A DNA stretch of 64,000 bases from Candidatus Planktophila sp. (GTDB lineage: Bacteria; Actinomycetota; Actinomycetes; Nanopelagicales; Nanopelagicaceae): positions 1,151 to 65,150 of the forward strand of contig JBIIUL010000001.1 in NCBI GenBank assembly GCA_044340015.1. Reading direction: 5' to 3'. This document shows positions 60,401 through 64,000 of this stretch, piece after piece. Position 1 is the stretch's first letter. Each line of letters begins with the position of its first letter. The position numbers were made by a program, and so were the translations under genes. Under the pieces are notes generated by a model that did no database searches, was not told where the DNA came from, and saw only the letters and a program-made list of their open reading frames with translations.

Positions 60401-61952
60401 ACATCACGATATTTATTCGATCGAAGACCTGGCACAACTCATTCACGATTTAAAGAATGCAAATAAGAATGCACGTATCCACGTAAAGCTTGTGGCTGAA
60501 GTTGGTGTCGGTACCGTTGCTGCTGGCGTAAGCAAGGCGCATGCTGATGTTGTCTTGATCTCCGGTCACGATGGTGGCACAGGCGCATCACCGCTGACTT
60601 CGCTCAAGCATGCGGGCGCTCCTTGGGAGCTCGGTTTGGCTGAAACACAACAGACCCTTCTTCTAAATGGTCTGCGCGATCGCATTGTTGTACAAGCAGA
60701 TGGTCAGTTAAAGACTGGGCGCGACGTTGTTATCGCGGCGCTCCTTGGTGCAGAAGAGTACGGTTTTGCAACTGCGCCACTTGTTGTATCTGGTTGCGTA
60801 ATGATGCGCGTCTGTCACTTGGATACCTGCCCAGTGGGTGTGGCAACGCAAAATCCGGAGCTACGCAAGAAATTTACGGGTAAGCCAGAGTTTGTCGAAA
60901 CATTCTTCGAATACATCGCCGAAGAAGTACGCGAAATTTTGGCCAGCTTAGGCATGCGAACAATGCAAGAAGCCATTGGCCATGTCGAATATCTTGATAC
61001 CCGCGATGCAGTAAATCACTGGAAGGCGAGCGGCCTTGATCTAGCTCCGCTACTAGTGCGCCCAGATGTTGATTCACCTTTGCATCGCACAACAGTGCAA
61101 GATCATGGATTAGCTGCAGCACTCGACAATAAGTTGATTGAACTCTCTGCTGCAGCCCTTGATAAGGGCGAAAGCGTTCGTATAGATCTGCCTGTGCGAA
61201 ATGTAAACCGCACCGTCGGCACGATGTTGGGCGCAGAAGTAACGCGACGCTATGGCGCAGATGGACTTCCAATCGGGACTATTGATGTAACCCTGCATGG
61301 CTCGGCTGGCCAATCACTCGGTGCTTTCTTGCCGCAAGGCGTTGTAATTCGCATGTATGGCGATAGCAATGACTACGTAGGTAAAGGTATTTCAGGTGGT
61401 CGCGTAATCGTGCGCCCGGACGAGCGAGCAACTTTTGCTTCGCATGAAAATGTCATAGCCGGAAACGTCATCGGTTACGGATCAACATCGGGTCAGATCT
61501 ATATCCGCGGCTTAGTTGGCGAAAGATTCTGTGTGCGTAACTCTGGCGCGACTGCGATCGTCGAGGGAATTGGCGATCATGGTTGCGAGTACATGACTGG
61601 TGGCACCGTAGTCGTACTTGGTCGCACCGGCCGTAACTTTGCTGCTGGTATGTCAGGTGGACGAGCATTTGTGCTCGATCTCAATCCCGCCCAAGTTAAC
61701 GGCGAACTCGTGGATATCTTGACTGTTCCAGAAGATCAAAAGGAGATACTCAAATCTCTTGTCTCTGATTTCTTTACCGAGACAGGTTCTGAAATTGCCG
61801 CAGCGCTACTTGCAGATTGGAACGCTGCGCTAAATCGCATTTCTCTCGTTATGCCACGCGACTATGCGCGCGTCTTAGCGGCTATTGAACGTGCGACAAA
61901 AGATGGTTTACCTGTTGATCAATATGTAATGGAGGTCGCAGCAAATGGCTGA
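57435..61952 (+). CDS. gltB: Glutamate synthase large subunit
   Basis: [48 protein letters not shown]. Confidence 0.98.
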   Translation: MALPSNYPAQQGLYDPANEHDACGVAMVATLNKVATHEIVEKALTALRNLEHRGASGAEPDSGDGAGILIRVPDAFYRAVTDFKLPNEGHYATGIAFVSQGADVRSEIAKIASEEGLTVLGWRDLPINAKSLGKTAVSVMPKFEQVFLAGNNNESGIALDRLAFCLRKRAEHSLDLYFPSLSSQTIVYKGMLTTGQLEEFFPDLSDSRVVSPLALVHSRFSTNTFPSWPLAHPYRFIAHNGEINTVKGNRNWMRARESLLESELIPGDLSRLFPIVEMSGSDSASFDEVLELLYLGGRSLPHSVLMMIPEAWENHTTMSQKRRDFYAFHASLMEPWDGPACVTFTDGHQVGAVLDRNGLRPSRFWVTDDGLVVLASEVGVLDFPAEKIVRKGRLQPGKMFLVDIEAGRIIEDDEIKDSLADAAPYGEWLHAGMMKLSDLPSREHIIYPHSSVVRRQRAFGYTEEELRILVTPMAKNGMEALGSMGTDTPIAALSEKPRLLFDYFSQLFAQVTNPPLDAIREELVTSLGGSIGPEHNLLDPGPSSCRQISLAFPVIDNDELAKIIHVNADGDHPGLSAYVVRGLFPVSGDGNTLHTRLEEIKREVSDAITAGARIIVLSDRDGDAEDAPIPSLLLTAAVHHHLIREKTRTKVGLVVEAGDVREVHHVALLIGYGAAAVNPYLAMESAEDLVLQGVITGITPEKAVRNIIKSLGKGVLKVMSKMGISTIASYTGAQVFEAIGLSQEVVDEYFVGTTSRLGGISLDTIAEETLARHHIAYPPGGAIPGSKRLPIGGEYQWRRDGEPHLFNPETVFALQHSTRSKRYDIFKRYTSKVDSQSKELMTLRGLFAFKDGIRPAISIDEVEPISEIVKRFSTGAMSWGSVSQEVHETLAIAMNRLGAKSNTGEGGEDPSRFIPMENGDSKRSAIKQVASGRFGVTSNYLVNADDIQIKIAQGAKPGEGGQLPGNKVYPWIAKVRYSTPGVGLISPPPHHDIYSIEDLAQLIHDLKNANKNARIHVKLVAEVGVGTVAAGVSKAHADVVLISGHDGGTGASPLTSLKHAGAPWELGLAETQQTLLLNGLRDRIVVQADGQLKTGRDVVIAALLGAEEYGFATAPLVVSGCVMMRVCHLDTCPVGVATQNPELRKKFTGKPEFVETFFEYIAEEVREILASLGMRTMQEAIGHVEYLDTRDAVNHWKASGLDLAPLLVRPDVDSPLHRTTVQDHGLAAALDNKLIELSAAALDKGESVRIDLPVRNVNRTVGTMLGAEVTRRYGADGLPIGTIDVTLHGSAGQSLGAFLPQGVVIRMYGDSNDYVGKGISGGRVIVRPDERATFASHENVIAGNVIGYGSTSGQIYIRGLVGERFCVRNSGATAIVEGIGDHGCEYMTGGTVVVLGRTGRNFAAGMSGGRAFVLDLNPAQVNGELVDILTVPEDQKEILKSLVSDFFTETGSEIAAALLADWNAALNRISLVMPRDYARVLAAIERATKDGLPVDQYVMEVAANG

Positions 61953-63399
61953 TCCAAAGGGATTTCTAACTACGCCGCGCGAAACTCCAAAGCGCCGTCC
62001 AGTTGACGTACGTATCAAAGATTGGCATGAGGTTTACGAACCACAAAGCATGGAGCACTTGCAGAAGCAGGCAGGTCGTTGCATGGATTGCGGCATTCCT
62101 TTCTGTCATCAAGGTTGCCCACTCGGAAATTTGATTCCTGAATGGAATGACTTGATCTGGCGCGGCGATAAAGAAGAAGCGATCGATCGCCTGCATGCCA
62201 CAAATAACTTCCCTGAATTTACTGGTCGCCTTTGTCCGGCACCGTGCGAGACAGCTTGCGTTGTCGGAATAAACGCTGATGCGGTAACCATTAAGCAGGT
62301 AGAACTCCGCACAATTGAGGAAGCTTTCGGCGCTGGAAATGTAAAGCCACTTGCCCCTGAACGCTTGACTGGAAAGACCGTTGCAGTAATTGGTTCTGGC
62401 CCTGCTGGCCTAGCCGCTGCGCAACAGTTAACACGTGCAGGACATACCGTCGCTGTTTACGAACGCGCCGATAAAATCGGTGGACTACTCCGTTACGGAA
62501 TTCCTGAGTTCAAGATGGAGAAGAACATCTTGGATCGTCGTTTAACTCAGATGGAGAAAGAAGGAACTCGTTTTCGTCCCGGAGTAAATGTTGGCGTTGA
62601 ACTAACAGGAAGTGATCTGCGCAAGAAATACGATGCGATCGTTCTCGCAGTTGGCGCAACCCAGTGGCGCGATCTACCAATTAAGGGTCGCGAAAATAAA
62701 GGTATTTACCAAGCGATGGAATTTCTACCTTGGGGCAACAAGCAAGCCCTTGGCGAAGTTGTGAACCCTGATATCAACGTTGCAGGTAAGCATGTAGTAA
62801 TTCTTGGCGGGGGAGACACCGGCGCAGATTGCCTAGGCACTTCAATTCGCCAAGGTGCAGCAAGTGTTACTCAACTCGAGATCATGCCGCGCCCAACTGA
62901 AGAGCGCCCATCATCACAACCTTGGCCAACTTATCCAATGATCTACCGCGTCTCTTCTGCTCACGAAGAGTTAGATAACCGACTCTTTGCAGTAAGCACT
63001 GAAGAATTCATTGGCGATGGAAACGGCAATGTAAAGGCGATCAAACTCGTTGAAACAAAGTTTGAAAATGGAAAGTTTGAACCAGTTCCAGGAACAGAGA
63101 AGGAAATTCCAGCTGACTTTGTATTTCTTGCAATGGGCTTTACTGGACCAGAAAAGTCAGCGCTATTGACTCAGTTAGATGTTGAATTAGATGAACGCGG
63201 AAACATCAAGCGTGATACCAACTTCCAGACTAGCGAAGAAGGAATTTTCGTCGCCGGAGATGCAGGCCGCGGCCAATCGCTAATTGTTTGGGCGATAGCC
63301 GAAGGGCGAAGCGCAGCGGCGGGAGTTGATAAGTATTTAGAAGGTGAAAGCCAATTGCCGTCACCGATCGAACCAACAGATCGCTCACTAATGGTTTAA
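61945..63399 (+). CDS. gltD: Glutamate synthase small subunit
   Basis: [10 protein letters not shown]...[27 protein letters not shown]. Confidence 0.98.
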   Translation: MADPKGFLTTPRETPKRRPVDVRIKDWHEVYEPQSMEHLQKQAGRCMDCGIPFCHQGCPLGNLIPEWNDLIWRGDKEEAIDRLHATNNFPEFTGRLCPAPCETACVVGINADAVTIKQVELRTIEEAFGAGNVKPLAPERLTGKTVAVIGSGPAGLAAAQQLTRAGHTVAVYERADKIGGLLRYGIPEFKMEKNILDRRLTQMEKEGTRFRPGVNVGVELTGSDLRKKYDAIVLAVGATQWRDLPIKGRENKGIYQAMEFLPWGNKQALGEVVNPDINVAGKHVVILGGGDTGADCLGTSIRQGAASVTQLEIMPRPTEERPSSQPWPTYPMIYRVSSAHEELDNRLFAVSTEEFIGDGNGNVKAIKLVETKFENGKFEPVPGTEKEIPADFVFLAMGFTGPEKSALLTQLDVELDERGNIKRDTNFQTSEEGIFVAGDAGRGQSLIVWAIAEGRSAAAGVDKYLEGESQLPSPIEPTDRSLMV

Positions 63400-63466
63400 G
63401 GCCCCGGTGGCCTAAATCTCCATCCTCAAACTGTCCAGTATTAAAACGATTAGATAAGGTAGCCAC

Positions 63467-64000
63467 ATGCGTCGCGCGAAGATTGTTTGCACAATGGGTC
63501 CAGCCGTTGAATCACCTGAAAAAGTTCGTGAGTTGATTGCAGCCGGCATGAATATGGCTCGTCTAAATCTCTCTCATGGCGGTTATGAAGAACACCAAAG
63601 CCGACTTAATGAAGTCCGCGCAGCCGCGAAAGAGGCGGGAAAACCTGTTGCAATCCTCGTAGATCTACAAGGACCAAAGATTCGCTTAGCTCGTTTCAAG
63701 GCTGGCCCACATGATCTTTCCCGCGGAGATATCTTCACAATTACTACTGATGAAGTAGAAGGCACTAAAGATCGCGTAGGTACTACATATAAAGGCCTAC
63801 CTGGAGATTGCAAGCCAGGAGATCGCATTTTGATTGATGATGGAAAAGTTACCGTTGAAGTTACTGAGGTAAAAGGCAGCGATGTCGTAACCAAAGTTAT
63901 CGAGCCAGGTGCTGTCAGCAACAATAAAGGAATTAACTTGCCAGGGGTCGCTGTATCAGTTCCAGCGCTCTCTGAAAAAGATAAAGAGGACCTTCGCTGG
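63467..64000 (+). CDS. pyk: Pyruvate kinase (3' end outside window)
   Basis: Manual translation: [13 protein letters not shown]...ARLNLSHG...DLQGPKIR...ILIDDG...KGINLPG. TAAGGT-6nt-ATG leaderless start. Confidence 0.96.
   Translation, partial: MRRAKIVCTMGPAVESPEKVRELIAAGMNMARLNLSHGGYEEHQSRLNEVRAAAKEAGKPVAILVDLQGPKIRLARFKAGPHDLSRGDIFTITTDEVEGTKDRVGTTYKGLPGDCKPGDRILIDDGKVTVEVTEVKGSDVVTKVIEPGAVSNNKGINLPGVAVSVPALSEKDKEDLRW

Overview
Gene-dense, mid-GC (~50%) core-genome segment of a streamlined actinobacterium. Gene order, short spacers and many leaderless starts suggest freshwater acI / Ca. Nanopelagicales (Planktophila-like); this is an inference. Left to right: (1) a carotenoid locus (crtI, crtE, and an operon of alpha/beta-hydrolase, crtA, cruF, glycosyltransferase and a crtD-like desaturase) interleaved with metF and a CDP-alcohol phosphotransferase; (2) an aquaporin-arsC pair, ybaK, an MFS, a TauE/SafE protein and DoxX; (3) a LexA-boxed DUF6504-like/dnaE2/dinB mutagenesis cassette with no imuA or imuB; (4) the dcw cluster from mraZ to yggT, with MraZ boxes and the mraW RNA motif but no divIVA; (5) ileS, a histone-like DksA, lspA, rluD and dnaE1; (6) the his-trp operon, MauE-DsbA-lgt, VIT1, gltBD and the start of pyk. 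No rRNA, tRNA, CRISPR array or mobile element was seen. The most notable signals are the ImuA/B-less SOS mutasome, two bidirectional leaderless promoters with identical 22-nt geometry, strand-polarised YGGGGGAG octamers, a GxHH-type IleRS, the missing divIVA and a miniaturised trp-associated membrane protein. Counts were made by eye and family names come from motif recognition, not database searches.
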